In this document: positions 37,631 to 52,234 of the stretch, piece by piece
Layout of the letters: each line of letters starts with the position of its first letter
How positions within the stretch are numbered: position 1 is the stretch's first letter
Origin: Camelus dromedarius
Lineage: Eukaryota
Reading direction: 5' to 3'
DNA length: 64,000 nt
NCBI RefSeq assembly: GCF_036321535.1
Contig: NC_087436.1
Span: forward strand, 40,116,001-40,180,000
Translations under genes and position numbers: made by a program
The notes under the pieces: generated by a model
Told to the model about the DNA's origin: nothing
The model's database searches: none
The model's input: only the letters and a program-made list of their open reading frames with translations

Positions 37631-39157
37631 GATGTTTTTTGCAGAGTTTAGTTTCAGGAATTAAGTACATTTCCAAAGAATTTTATTTAACATAAGCCAT
37701 TTAATGTAATATCAGCTTGAAGTAGTGTGTGTTTTGATGAACAGAGATTTGCTTAAATGATCTTTAAACAAGAATAGGCTTGTTAATGGAGTCATCTTTA
37801 ATTTATCCCCCATTTATTTATAGATCTCCCAGTATGTGTATGGTTCTGTTCTAGAAACTGATGATCCTGGATTCTGCAATGAGCAGGAAAGCAAAGCTCT
37901 CTCACTAAGAGAAATCATAAAATTGTAGTGGAATATTTTTCAAATGATAGATTTTGCAGTGTCTTCCAGTGTCCTCCCCATCAACTCAAATGGGGTATTT
38001 GTCAAGGAATTCATTGATCACAATATTATAATCCTCCAAATATAAATATTTTAAAAGGTTGACTCAAAGTTTTAATAGAATTTAAGAAACATGAATCTCC
38101 ATACTCTCCATTTTATTAGTCTTTTCATTACTTTCAAAATCTGTAATTTGTATGCATATGTACAGTGTGTTCATTCAGTAAAGTTAGGATATTCTGTAAT
38201 AACTTATTAAATACTGTACTTTTATTTCCACTCTAATATCCATCATATGTACTTTTTAATATATGTTCTTTAATTACCAATATCTTATAATAGTCATAAG
38301 TGAGAAATTAGTATCATACCTCTAAAACAGTTGCAATTAAATTATCCACTCTATAATTTATGTCAAAATTTCCAACAAAACTTGATTAACAAGGCAAATC
38401 TTGGGATTCTAATGTTAATTATTTTAATTAATTAAATGTTGCACTATTAAAGAAATTCAAGAATGTAATAATCTTAGACTAAGATTAAATTATTTGTTAT
38501 CTTATTAACAACCCCTCAATATAAAATATGTAGAAATAGTTTCACTATGTTAGTTAAATGGTAATTCCCACATGGGATTCAATTTAAAATAACCAAATCA
38601 AAAGTAAATAACAAGGTTACTTGACATGAGAAGGTTATGACTTAGAACTCTAAAGGACAGTACAACAAAATCATCTGAAATTCTTTTGAATGATAGTTTG
38701 TAATCATTTACATTTTGAATCCTTGGGTGTCAACCCATAACTGTAAATGCAGTTTGAAATTCAAATTTTTCTATTTTCTTTTATTCTTTACAAATAATTA
38801 AATCCTAGGTCAATCCAGCAACAGATGCACTGTTTTTCAGTTATCAGCTTTATTGTATTTATTGATTTTAAAATCTGCATTGAAGAAGCTATTCAGGAAA
38901 TCTGGTGCTGGCCTGCATTAGCGTTGCATGTGCAAGAGACACTTTAGGCACCAGTCGTTTAGTCATATTTCATAAGCAGAAATAATGCTGTTGCTAAAAG
39001 CGATAGACCTAAGCCTTAAAATAGGGGGAGTAAAGAACTGCCGAAATAATTTTCCATAGCTTTTCCTTTTCAGATAGGTAATTTTTTCAAAACCAACTAG
39101 ATGATGACATCTGTTCTCTGGCATCTCATTAAGTCCTTAATTTTGTCATCTCTACTT

Positions 39158-39650
39158 TTTGAACAGACAGACACTTCACCAAAGAAAATGTATGAATGGC
39201 CATTGATCAATCACAAGAAAATATCCCCAAGTTTACTAGTAACCCAGGAAATGTAAATTAAAACTATCTTGGATACCATTTCAAAAATAGACTAAACTTC
39301 CTAGAATAACAAAATTTGGGAACACCAATAGTTGACAATGAATGAAAACAAGTGAAACACTCATAATATTTCTGGTAGGAGTGTTAAAAGTTAATACCAT
39401 TTTGGAAAACTGATAACAGCAATTTCATTCCTAGATAAATAATTTCATTCCGAGGATAAATAAAATCTTATCTACAAAAAGAAGCTTTGTGTATAATATC
39501 CAAAAAGTAGAAACCATTCAAATGTTCATCAACTGGAGGGTCACTAAACAACTTGCTTTATATCCATAAAATGAAATACTACTCAGTAATATTGAACAAA
39601 TTACCAATACTTGCAATAACATGGATAAATCTCAAAAGTATTAAGGAAAA
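39158..39650 (+). mobile_element. Old L1 ORF2-end fragment (sense orientation)
   Basis: 'tttgaacagacagacacttcaccaaagaaaa...aacatggataaatctcaaaa'. Confidence 0.75.
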
Positions 39651-39784
39651 AGCAAGGCAACCAACTTCTGCCTTAACTGGCATAGATTCTTATGTTCAGT
39701 TACAGATTACTTTGATAACCCCATTGTAATTAATACATACATATATCTTCTCTTAGTGAATATATTAAGTTTGTTCAAATATAT

Positions 39785-40400
39785 TCATGTGTTCATTCAA
39801 AAACATTTAATACTTCCTACTGTGTTCAAAGCACTTTATTAGGTTTTTGTTATAAAGTGATTAATAAACAAGTTCCCAGCTGTCATATAGTTACATTCTA
39901 ATAAAAGGGCTAGTAAAATAACTATGAAATGTATATATAATTAAAAATAATAACGCTATGGGGAATACTGTGTAGCCAACATTTATTTGGTACTATGTGT
40001 TTTTAAATGTTTATATATATATAATGTCATTAAATTCAACAAAAACATATGTGGTAAGTACCATAATTATAATCTAATTTTATGAATTATGAAACAGTAT
40101 ATAGTATTAGCCAAGGCTCACTTAACAAAGAGTGACTTAGCAAAGCTACACACTAAATACTGAAGCTGACATGCAGACTTTGGCCATCCTGTTTCATGCT
40201 CTGTAACTTTAATCATTACTCTAGAGTGCATTCTCAAAAAGTAAGATGAGAAGTGTCAAAAATAGTGATTTGAGGAGGAGTCACTAAACAGGTATGGCAT
40301 TGTGTAGGATAATCAGAAATAGTGACATTTAAGCAGACACAAAATGACAAAAATGACAGGCCTAGCTAGCATGGAGGTAAGGGGATTCCTGGCTGTAACA
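39785..40400 (-). mobile_element. L2 remnant with an embedded MIR (~39970-40210)
   Basis: 'ttcattcaaaaacatttaatacttcctactgtgttcaaagcact' (L2 tail) and 'aacatttatttggtactatgtg...gacttagcaaagctacacac' (MIR). Confidence 0.55.
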
Positions 40401-40709
40401 GAGTAGAGTAGCTGGTTTCAGAATTCCCTTCTTGTGATAAAGAAGTATATTGATGAAATATATGAAGAAACTGTTTACAGATACTGTACACCAGAGAACA
40501 CACTCATGTCACCTTTGAGAAGAAGGAATACATTAGGTGAACCCTACTTCTCCCTGTCTGGTGTCAATTTTCCAGGGTGGTACAGGAACAGAGAAGCCCA
40601 GGCAGAGTGATTTGAAGAGGAAGAAACAGGTGTTTGCAGTTGCTGAAATGGCGAGAGTTTATGGTACAAGTTGGAAAGAGGAGCACGTCAATAGAGATAC
40701 TCAGACATC

Positions 40710-43700
40710 TGGGCACATGAGTTTTCAACTCATTTACTAAAATACCAAAGAGTGTGCTTTTGTGATCATATGGTAAGAATGAGTTTAGTTTTGCAAGAAA
40801 GCTCCAAACTGTCTTGCACAGCAGCTGTACCGTTTGGTACTTCCACTAGCAATGAATGAGAGCTCCTGTTGCTCGATATCATTGGCAACATTTGGCGTCG
40901 TCAGTGTTTCAGTATTTGGTCATTCTAATAGGTGTGTAGTAGTATTTCTTTTTGTTGTAATTTCTAATTCTCTGGTAACATATTACATAGAGCATCTTTT
41001 CATATGCATATTTGCCATTTATATATCTTGTTTAGTGAGGTGTCTGTTAAGGTCTTTGACCCAACTTTTAATTGGGTTGTTTGTTTACTTACTGTTGAGT
41101 TTTAAGAGTTCTCTGTATATATTAGATAACAGTCCTTTATCAGATGTGTTTTGTTTGTTTGTTTTAAATATTTTCTCCTAGTCGTGGCTCATCGTACTAT
41201 CTTCACATTGTCTTTCATAGAGCACTTTTTAGTTTTAATAAAATCCAACTTACCCATTCTTTTTCCATGGTTATGCCTTTGGTGTTGTATCTAAAAAGTC
41301 ATTGCCCTACTCAAAGTCTTCTAAGTTTTATCCTCTGTTATCTTTTAGGAGTTTTATCATTTTTAATTTTACATTTAGATAAATTAAATGTGACACATCT
41401 TGAGTTAATATTTGTGAAGAGTATAAAGTCAGTGTCTAGATTAAATTTTTTTGATATGGATGTCCAGTTGTTCCAATACCATTTGTTGAAGAAATTATCT
41501 TTGCTACATTATATAGCCTTGGCTTCTTTGTCAAAGATTAGTTGACTGTATTTATATGGGTCTATATCTGGTTTCTCTCTTCTGTTCCAATGATCTATTT
41601 GTTATTTCAAGGTACCATACTGCCTTGATTACTGTAACTTTCTAGCAACTCTTAAGGTTCAGTAGTGTTGGTCCTCCAATTTTATTCTCCTCTTTCAATA
41701 TTGTGTTAGCTATTCTGAGTCTTTTGCCTCTTAGTATATACTTTAGAATCTGTCAGTATCCATAAGACAACATGCTGGGATTTTTATTAGCAGTCCATGG
41801 AAGCTACAGATCAAGATGGGATTAACTGAAATGTTGACAATATAAAGTCTTCCTATCCATAAACATGGAATATCTCTCAGTTTATTTAGTTTTATTTTAT
41901 TTCATTCATCAGAGTTATTTTCCTCATATAGCTCTTGTCCATATTTTGTTAGATTTTTACTTAAGTATTTCATTTTCTTCAGTGCTAATGTAAATGGTAT
42001 TTGTCTTAATTTCATATTGTAGTTGTTCATTCATTATTGGTATATAGGAAAGTGATTGAGTTTTGTATATTAACCTTGTGTCTAACAACATTGATATAAT
42101 CACATGTTAGTTCCAGAAGTCTTATTTATTTTTACAATTTTCTACTCATACAGTTATGTCATTTGAGTTTTCTTCCTTCTCAGTCTGTATGCATTTAATT
42201 TCTTCTTTTCTGATTTCATTAGCTAGGGCTTCCAGCACAATGTTGAGAAGCAGTGGTGAGAGGGTATATCCTTTCCTTCTAACTGATTTTAGTGAGGAAA
42301 TTTGAGCTCGTTACACTAAGTATGATTTTGGCTGTAGATTTACTGTAGATTTTCTTAATCAAATTGTGGAACTTGCATTTCATTCTCAGCTAAGTATTTT
42401 TTTATCATGAATGAATGTTGAATTTTGTCAGATGTCTTTTCTGCATTATTGATATGATCACATGATTTTTTTCTTTCTCCTGTTGCTGTGGTGGATTAAA
42501 CTAACAACAACAACAGTAATAATAAATTTATTTTGAAATGTCATTCCAGACTTGGATATCTGAATAATTCACATTTGGTCATGGTGTATAATTCTTTTTA
42601 TGCATTGTTGGATTCATTTGCTAATATTGAGAATTTTTGCATCTCTGTTTTTGAAAGCTACTGTGCTAGTTTTCTTTTTTACTGTAATGTCTTGGTCTCA
42701 TTTTGGTATTAGGGTAATGCTGGCCTTATAGAATGAATTAGGAAGTTTTCCGTCTGCTTCTGTGTTTTGGAAGAGTTTGTAGAATATTGGTATAATTTAT
42801 TCCTTAAATGTTTGGTAAAATTCACCAGTGAACTCATCTGGGTTTCAGACTTTCTGTTTGGATGGTTGTTAATTATTTAGTCAGTTTTTTTGATAGATAT
42901 AGTACTAATCAGATTGTCTTTTTCTTCTTGAGTGAGTTTTAGCAGATTGTGTCTTTCAAGAAAAGACATTTGTCTGTTTTACCTGTGTTTTTAAACTTGT
43001 GGGCATAGAGTTGTTTATAATATACCTTATCCTTTTAATATGCATAGCATCTATAGTGACATCTTCTCTTTAATTTCTGATATTAATAATTTGTGTGCTC
43101 TCTTTTTTCATAGTTAGCCTGGCTAGAGACTTGCTGATTTTATTAATCTTTTCAAAGAATCAACTTTTGGTTTTGTTGATTATTTTCTGTTTATTTCCTA
43201 TTTTCAATTTCTATGATTTCTCCTTTAATTTTTTTTATTGTCTTCTTACTCTGGATTTCATTTGTTCTTTTTTTTTTTTTTTTTTTCCTTCCTAAGGTAG
43301 ATCTAAAATTGTCAATTTTGGATCTTTTCTAATATAGGCATTCAACTCATTTCACTCTAATGACTGCTTTTGCTGCATCCCACACATTTTGGTAAGTTGT
43401 GTTTTCATATTCCTTTAGTTTAGAATATTCAATTTCTCTTAAGATTTCTTTTTTTAGCTTATGTATTATTTAGAAATGTTTTGTATAATCTCCCAGCATT
43501 TTGGGATATTCCAGTTATCTTTCCATTATTGATATCTAGTTTAATTCCATTGTGATCTTACAGCAGACATTGTATGATTTCTATTATTTTAAATTTGTTA
43601 AGTTGTGTTTTGTAGCCCAGGTTGTGGTTTATGTTGGTGAATGTTTCATGTGAACTTGAGAGGAATGTATATTCTCCTGTTACTGGATGAAGTAGTCTAT

Positions 43701-46700
43701 AGATGTTCATTATACTGGTTTGAGCAATAGTGTTGTTGAGTTCCAATGTAATCTTAATGATATTCTGCTAGCTAGTACTGTCCATTTCTGACTGAGCAGT
43801 ATAGAAGTCTCCAACTATAATTGCAAATTCATCTTTATTTCCTGTTTAATCAGTGTTTGTCTCACATATTTTGACACCCTATTGTTATGCACATATACTT
43901 TAAGGATTGTTATGTTTTCTTTGAGAACTGACCCCTTTACTTTTTTTTAAAAATCACTTTATCTTTTTTTATTGAGCTATATTTGGTGTACAATATTATA
44001 AGTTTCAGATGTACAACAGTGATTCACAATTTTTAAAGGTTATATTTCATTTATACTTATTATAAAATACTGACTAAATTTCCTGTATTGTACTATATAA
44101 CATTGTAGTTTATTTATTTTATACATAGTAGTTTGTAGCTCTCAATCCCCTATGCCTATGTTGCCTCTCCACCCTTCCCTCTCTCCACTGGTAACCACTA
44201 GTTTATTCTCTTTATCTGTGATTCTATTTCTTTTTTGTTATATTCACTAATTTATTTTTTAGATACTGCCTATAATTAACATCATACAATGTCTGACTTA
44301 TTTTAGTATAATACACTCCAATTCCATCCATGTTATTGCAAATGCAAACTTTCATTTATTTTTATGACTGAGTAATATTTCATTGTGTATGTAAACCATA
44401 TCTTCTTTATCCATTCATCCATTCATTGACATTTAGGTTGCATCCATATCTTGGCTATTGTAAATAATGCTGCCATAAATATTAGAGTGTATGTATCTTC
44501 TCAAATTAGTGTTTTTCTTTTTTTTCTTTTGGATATATATCCAGGAGTGGAATTGCTGGGTTATAATGCAGTTATATTTTTAGGTTTTTCAGAAATCTCC
44601 ATACTATTTTCCAAAATGGCTGCACCAATTTATATTCCCACCAACAGTGTATAAGCATTCCCCTTCAACTACATCCTTGCAGCATTTTAAATTTTTGGTC
44701 TTTTTGAAGATATTAATTCTGACGAGTGTGAGGTTGTATCTCATTGTGGTTTTAATTTGCATTTCTCTGATGATTAACAGAGTTGAGCATCTCTATGTGC
44801 CTGTTGTCCATCTGTATGTCTTCTTGGGAAATGTCTAGTCAGGTCTTCTGCCCATTTATTAATCGAGTTGTTTGTTTTTGATGTTGAATTCTATGGGCTG
44901 TTTGTATAGTTTGGATATTAACCCTTTATCTGTCATATCATTTGCAAATATTTTCTCCCATTCAGTAGGCTGTCTTTTAGTTTTACCAGTGGTTTTCTTT
45001 GACTTGCAAAAGTTTTTAAGTTTATTTAGGTCCTATTTATTTTCATCTCTATTACCTTTGCTTTAGAAGACAGATCCAAAAATATTGCTACAATTTATGT
45101 CAAAGAGTGCTCCATCTGTGTTCTAGGGGCTTTATGGTTTCCAGTCTTATATTTAGGTCTGTAATCCATTTTGGGTTTATTTTTCTATATGGTGTTAGAG
45201 AATGTTCCAATTTCATCTTTTACATGCAGTTATCTAGTTTTCCCAGCAACATTTTTGAAGACACTGTCTTTTCTCCATTGTATATTCTTGCTTCCTTTGT
45301 TGTAGATTAATTGACCATAAGTGTGTGCATTTAATTCTGGGATGTTCATCTTGTTCCAATGATCTGTGTGTCTGTTTTCATGTGAGTACCACACTGTGTT
45401 GATAACTGTAGTTTTATAATATATTGTGAAGTCAGGGAGTACTTCCTCCAGTTCTGTTTTTCTTTCTCAAGATTCTTTTGGTTATTTGGGGTCTTTTGTG
45501 TTTCCATACAAATTTTAAAATTATTTGTTCTAGTTCTGTGAAAAATGCCTTGCTTGGTATTTTGATAGGGATTGCACTGAATCTATAGATTGCCTTTGAC
45601 AGTACCATCTTTTTAACAATATTAATTCCTCCAATTCATGAACACAGTATGTCTATGCATTTGTTTGTGTCATCTTTAATTTCTGAGAACGGGTCTTTTA
45701 CCTCCTTAGATAGCTTTATTCCTAGGTATTTTATTCTTTTTGATGTGATTGTAAATGGGACTGTCTTCCTTGTACTTCTGATAATTCATTTTGAGTGTAT
45801 AGAAATGCAACAGATTTCTGTATATTAATTTTGTATCCTGCAACTTTACCAAATTCATTGATGAGCTCTAGTAGTTTTCTATTTGCATCCTTAGGATTTT
45901 CTATGTATATACTATTCATGTCATCTGCAAACAGTGCTAGTTTTATTTCTTCCTTTCTGTTTTAGATTTCTTTTTCTTGTATAATCGTTGAGTCTAGGAC
46001 TTCCAATATTGAATAAAAGTAGCAAGGTAGGTTATCCTTGTTTGGTTCCTGAACATACTGGTGAAAAGCTAAAAGCTTTTTCTCTGAGTATGATGTTAGC
46101 TATAGGTTTGTCATATGTAACTTTTATTATGTTTGGGTGTGTTTCCTCTATACCCACTTTCTGGGGTTTTTTTATCATAAATGTTGAGTTTTCTTGAAAG
46201 CATCCATTGATATGATCATATGGTTTTTATTCTTCAATGTGATATATCACATTGATTTGCTAATATTGAAAAATCCTTGCATCCCTGAGATAAATCCCTA
46301 TTGATCATGGTGTATGATGTATTGTTGGATTCTGATGTATTGTGGGGTTCATTTTGCTAATATTTTGTTGAGAATTTTTGAATCTATATTCATCAGTAAT
46401 ATTGGCCTCTAACTTTCTTTTTCTGTGATATCTTTGGCTTTGGTAACCAGTGATGGTGGCCTTAGAAAATTACACTGGAAGCATTCTTTCCTCCGCAATT
46501 TTTGGGAATAGTTTGAGGATAGGTGTTACCTCTTTTCTAAATATTTGACAGAACTCAAACCGTCTGTTACTGGACTTTGGTTTGTTGGGATTTTTAAAAA
46601 TTACTGGTTCAAATTCATTACTGTTAATTGATCTGTTCATATTTTCTCTTTCTTCCTCATTTAGTATTGGAGTGTATATTTATAGGAATTTGTACAATTC

Positions 46701-48430
46701 TTCAAGGTTGTCCATTTTATTGGCATATTTTTCATAGTAGTCATGATTCTTTGTCTTCTGTAGTGTCAGTTATAACATCTTTTTACATTACTGATTGTAT
46801 TGATTTGGGGTTTTTTTTGTTTTTTTGTTTTTTTGGGTTTTTTTGGTGAGTCTGGCTAAAGGTTTATCAATTTTCTTTATCTTTTCAAAGAACCAGCACT
46901 TAGTTTCATTGACCTTTTCTGCTAGTGGGTGGGCACAGCTGGTCCCAGGGCAGGGTCTGGTCTGCTGATGAGAAGGCTGGTTGACCCCTTTACTATTATG
47001 TAATGCCCTTCTCTATCCTTGACAGTATTCCTTACTCTGAAGTCTTTTCTGTCTGGAAATTAATATAGGTATTCCTGCTTTCTTTTGATTAAGTGGAGAA
47101 AGATACACCATGTTAACACTAATCTATGTATTTAATCTATCTATTTAATCACATTTATAGTGAGTTTCTTATAGTTTTGATCCACTCTGATAACATTAAA
47201 TTGGTACATTTAGATCATTTCCAAAGTAATTGATATATTTTAATTAAAATTTGTCATATTTGTTACTGGATTTTATTTTTGCCCTAGTTGTTTCTATTTT
47301 TGTCTTCCATTCTTTTTTTGGCTTTTGCATTTTTAATCTGAGCACTTTATGAGTCTGCTTTCTTAGCATATTAAACGTCTCTGTGTATTTGTTTTAGTGG
47401 TTGTCCCAGAGTTTGCACTATACCACTTTACACAAATGCATAATAACAAAGACACCTCTAATTGCTCCCTCCTATTCTTCGTTGTTGTCATTCACTTTAT
47501 TTTAAGCATATACATACACACACGTATATATAGTCAAATACAGTGTTGCTACTATTATTTTAAACTTATTTGTTAGCTCAATTAAGAATAGGAAAAGTAA
47601 GTTCTTACTTTTATATGTAGTTATCTGAGTTTCTGATCTGTGTAATTTTCCCTCTCTAAAGAACTTCTGTTAACATTTCTTGCAAGACGGTCTACTCCAA
47701 TACATTCTTTCATTTTTTGTCTTTCAGTGAGCCTGTGCTTTTGGGCTCTTCACTGCACATATGCATCTCAGTCCCCTACCCCTGGGTGGAACAGAATGGC
47801 TCAAATGGGCTGGAGTTGGGCAATTCCCTTCCTTTTCTCAGAATGTTAGCACCACTTGGAATTGAGTATTTCCCTTCCCCCAAGTCAGTTAGGCTCCGAT
47901 AAAACTCCAAGAGCTTATGCTCTGCTTAAATAATTTCTCCTAAGAGCAGACTTTGTTAAGAAAGACAGAATGCTCTTGGGTATTTCCAAATGGTTCCTCC
48001 CCTTGTGCCAGAAGTATAGATGAATTTTTTGAGATTGACTATGAGAACATTGTACTTTGTAGACATTTATGAGGTAAACTCAAAAGCATGGGAGCTCCCT
48101 CTCCCCCACCCAATGACTGGGTCCCTCTGGAGTTTTCAGTTCCCAGAATTGTCCACTGAGTCTCCAGAAATTAGTTAGGTTTCCCTGCCCTAATGGTGTT
48201 TCCTGCAGAGATTGCTGCTCTGGGTAGTTGTGATTCTCTGTATTTATTTATTGGTCTCTCCCATTTGGATGAAGGAGTGATTTGTCTTGTGACCTCCCTC
48301 ACTTATCTGATGGATCTAAGAAGAATTGTTGATTTTTCAGTTTGCTTAGCTTTTTAGTTGTTTTAGGAGGGAGTCTTTTAGGAGGGAGTGGCAACTTCTA
48401 AACTTCTTTCACGCTGGACTAGAAACAGGA
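40710..48430 (-). mobile_element. Old LINE-1 (L1MC1/2-like): ORF2 (40710-43941, 46982-~47150), intergenic/ORF1 remnant and 5'UTR (~47720-48430), split by a younger L1
   Basis: Continuous decayed ORF2 antisense. Minus ORF 43558-43746 (YTFLSSSHETFTNINHNLGYK) is the endonuclease domain. The text resumes exactly after the nested insertion. Confidence 0.88.
43942..46981 (-). mobile_element. Younger LINE-1 nested in the older L1, with perfect 13-bp TSD
   Basis: TGACCCCTTTACT at 43929-43941 and 46982-46994. Minus ORF 45731-45919 ([32 protein letters not shown]) is L1 RT. Confidence 0.93.
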
Positions 48431-51400
48431 AACTCTGTATTACTTTTTCTTTCTGAACTTTCTGCTCCCCTACCTTTATAAACTGTCTCTTGTCAGCTTT
48501 GTTTACATATAGCCACCCCCTGAATCTTTTACACTGTTCAATCTCAAGGAATAGATTTATTCAGTCCTAATTCTAAACTGCTGGGTGAGAGACTGATTAG
48601 ACTAACTTGAATCTAAATAATTGAAGTCAGGTGGGAAATTTACAGGCTAAACGTAGCCCCTTGGGTCACCCTAAAAGTATCCAACAGCTCATGAAAATAG
48701 CATTCCTACTTAGAAGTTACAGCTTTAAATGTGAGATGAAACAATGTAAGAAAAAATTACTATAAAAATATGTCATTTAAGAATAGGAAAAAAACTTTTT
48801 CCCAAAGAGGAATCTCATTTAAGAGTGGAAACTAGATTTGTAACTTGTAAGAGGCAGATTACAAAGTTAGCAATGCCAAATTATCGTTCTTACTGAAAAT
48901 ACTATATATTATCTACTAGCCTTTGTAAAATCTTGACACAGTAAATGTACTTTGACTTTTGAGTCCTATAGAGTGTATATAACACATTTCATATATTATT
49001 TAAGCTTTAAAAATCATACCTTGGTTATCTTAAATGGAAAAGATACAAGACAGTAGTATAAAGATACCAAAATCTTTTTAAAAATACAGATATATACATA
49101 CATCCATTAATAAGTAACTTCCACTTTAAATCAAATTTAATTTGGATATCAAAGGCCAAGTGCTAATTTCACTTCAGCAATTATAAATTCATGTCTGAAA
49201 CCTGTGACAAAGAGCAAGTGAGTAGGTGATAGGACAATTGTGACAAGCTTATCAAACTAACAATTGGGATGAAATGTTACCAACTCTCCTTAAATTTATC
49301 CAATAAGGTACCCCAACTGACCTATTATTATTCATATGACATCCCACAGCTAAGAGTTGTTTTTTATTAACATGTTAAGAAATCTCTCTTCAAGGTTAAT
49401 GAGAGAGACTTTAACTTTGTTCTCTAAACTAGGAAAGCATCCTTATAAGTCAGAAGTTTTAACATGCTATTCTGATAGACACAATGAAGATTTGTTCATA
49501 TTTTTGACTAACATAGTTAAAGATAACTAGGTTATTTGACTAAGATAACTTTATACTAAATTTCAATAAATTAATGTTTAATCAAGACATTTTTTATAAG
49601 GAATTATGCTTTAACAGCTTTGAAAGGGAGTTCCTTAATCACAATATAATTGTGTTTCATTTATTCAAAGTATATAACATATAAAGAGAGGTTTATAAGC
49701 AATATTCTCTTTGAAGTAATTTTCTACAGCTGACCCCAGAGAGTACCAGTTTGACAGATGGAAATAATAAGTAAAAGCAGCAAAGTTGTTTGCTGTATAT
49801 AATATTGTTAATAAATCAAAATACCCAGCATATGGCAAGAGAATAGATGTATTTTCATACAGTCTGGCCCTCTTTCTTAATACTACTCTTGATGTCAGGA
49901 AATCATCTAGCTATAGTTAGCAAAACAGTCTATGAAAATTTGAAAAATGAATGAGAAAATTATAATTTCTCTAAGGCACTCTTTTTTTTTTTAATTTTGC
50001 AAGTGTGTGTGTTAAATGTTGTATGTAATGTATTTGTGGAGGCACTTTATTGCTTTGCCACAGTGTCTGAAGCCACCATAGTTAGCAGCCCTCCTGTGTA
50101 TTTTCACCAAGCCCTAGCCTGTTCATCTAAGAACACTAACAAACACATTGTATACAGCCATATCTATCATAAACTTTCTTAACAAATATCACATGAAGTC
50201 CTCTGTCAAGTAGCTGAGAGCTTGGTCTGAGGACAGTAAGAACTTGATGGAAAAGGGCAAAGTTTTAAAGACCATGTCCCTTGCAGGAAAGTTGTATTCT
50301 GGCAAAAGAGGATCATGTCGCCAGAAGCAAATCCCTTAATTATTGAAAGCTCAAGAGTACTGGCTCTGAAAATGGTAAGGCCAAAGGGCATTTGTGTCCA
50401 TGTTTACACACCCATTGGCCCAGAGGACATGGAGACATGCCAATGATTAATATCATCTATAGAGGGAAAAAGAAACCTATAAGTTTAAAAAAGACTAACA
50501 AATTTAGTAAAAAAAAAAAAAAAAAAAAAAGTAAAACTGGGCATATTTTGTCTGTTTCTTTGTACTGTGCAAACTGGCATAGGTAGATTTTAAAGCCTAA
50601 AATATAAGAAAATGTGTAGGTAGGTAGATGCATCCATTATAACTACCACCAATATAATCATTTAATGCCTAAATATTTTTCAAACTCCTGTGAAAGTGGG
50701 ATTTTTGTCTTTACGTTTTAAGAGACATTAAAATCAATTCCTTCTACCTTTGACTAATGTTTTTTCACACTTTTTCTTAGAGAATGCAAACCCCGAGTGT
50801 CACAGTAGAGGTCATCGTAGACAAAGAGCAGTTTCTGAGCGTCATGTTTTGGTTTCACCAATTCCTTTTTCCTCTTCCTTCTTTGGTTTTCACTTTTAGA
50901 GGCAGTCTTTTATTTAGCAAACACCAGTCTAATATTTCTGTAGTTAATAGCTCTGGAAAATTTTTCATGAAGACATAAGCTACTTACAAAAGTTCTTAAA
51001 CCTTTGCATTTTCTATCCTGCTTTGTATTTACTTCAGCATGGCTGACAGTTTTGTAAGTTTCAATCAAAAACTGTATAAAATCTCTGCCCAACAGATTCT
51101 AACTTAACATAGTCATTTCCAAGACAGGAAGAAGTCATGCCAATTATAAAGCCATACTGTTTTCATGGTTAGACGAAGACTCAGTTTGCAAACATAACTG
51201 CTGCACATTTACTTCATGTATTAAGGGCAGCCATGCACGATGAGAATAGGAATCAGTGAAGCAAAACATGAGGCTCCCATCTGTCACAGTGCAGATGCAT
51301 TTCCTGTAAACTGTAAGATAGATATAATACAGAAAGAGGCAAGTAGAATGAAATAAAAATAAAGTGCAAATAAACAGTCATTTCTCTGTACCATATAATT

Positions 51401-51519
51401 AATATTATAAAATCTGGACTTTTTAAGAAGGTATAAGATAATTTGTAATACACAAGAACAGTGCTAGTTAGAATTCTTGAGTCATGTAAAATATTTATGA
51501 CCTTATTAAACAGGGTAAT

Positions 51520-51870
51520 ATGTACTAGGGGCTGTATTAAACAACTCAACTATTTCAATTGCTTAATACAATAAAATGTTTCTCATACCAATTTCCAATG
51601 AAGCTCACATGACTTTACTGAATTCCTTCCAGGTGAGACTCAGGAACTTGGCTTCCTTCTCTCATGCAGCTTCTTAATGCCAGGGTCCTTTAGCCACACA
51701 GGTAGGAGAGAAAGAATGAACTAACAATCAAAGAAAAAAAATCCAAGAAAGATTCATCCATTGAACAAAACTATGCACAAACCCCAAATCTGTTTTCAGT
51801 GATACAGTGTACTATATTCTTCCTTTGGTCCAAGAAGAGATACAGAATTTGATAGTATTAAGCTAGTCAG
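51520..51870 (-). mobile_element. Old MaLR LTR (MLT1J/K-like)
   Basis: 'gctgtattaaacaactc...tttcaattgcttaatacaataaaatgtttctc' and 'ccattgaacaaaactatgcac'. Confidence 0.5.
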
Positions 51871-52234
51871 TGCTTTATTTTGCTGTATTAAAACTGATTT
51901 TAAAAGGAGCAAAATACATTTTATTTTCAACACAATTTCATAAAGAAGGTTTAATACCAAAGAAATAGGGATGACCTAATCTTTTTCATTGAATATATTA
52001 AGATCTGCAAAAAATTAAGGCTTCTTAAATTTTCCTACACCAACAGGGATAAGATGAAGCTCTAGGTATCAAAGTAAGACTCCTACTATAGACTCATTTT
52101 TATCTTCAGGGGTCAAGACATCCACAGGTCTACACACCAAGGAGGACCTAGACACTACCCTCCTTATCATCTTAACGTTCACAGCCTTATCACCATTTTT
52201 TGCTTTCTATTGCCCAGGACTACATGGATGGTTC

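Noticed and set aside
39050..39085. 4-nt microexon (ttttccttttcag|ATAG|gtaatt)
   Set aside because: The splice-like flanks are present, but it would shift frame and contains TAG. No partner exons are visible, and such matches arise by chance.
39099..39152. C/D-box snoRNA or hairpin (ATGATGA plus GATGACA...TGTCATC)
   Set aside because: There is no properly placed D box (CTGA), and the 7-bp stem is weak.
50503..50540. A22 tract as a retrocopy tail
   Set aside because: No recognisable mRNA or SINE body lies upstream. A simple homopolymer expansion explains it.
50755..50900. Exon after the acceptor-like 'tttttcttag' (and a similar acceptor at ~12520-12533)
   Set aside because: The frames are short, match no protein I recognise, and no consistent donor or exon chain was found.
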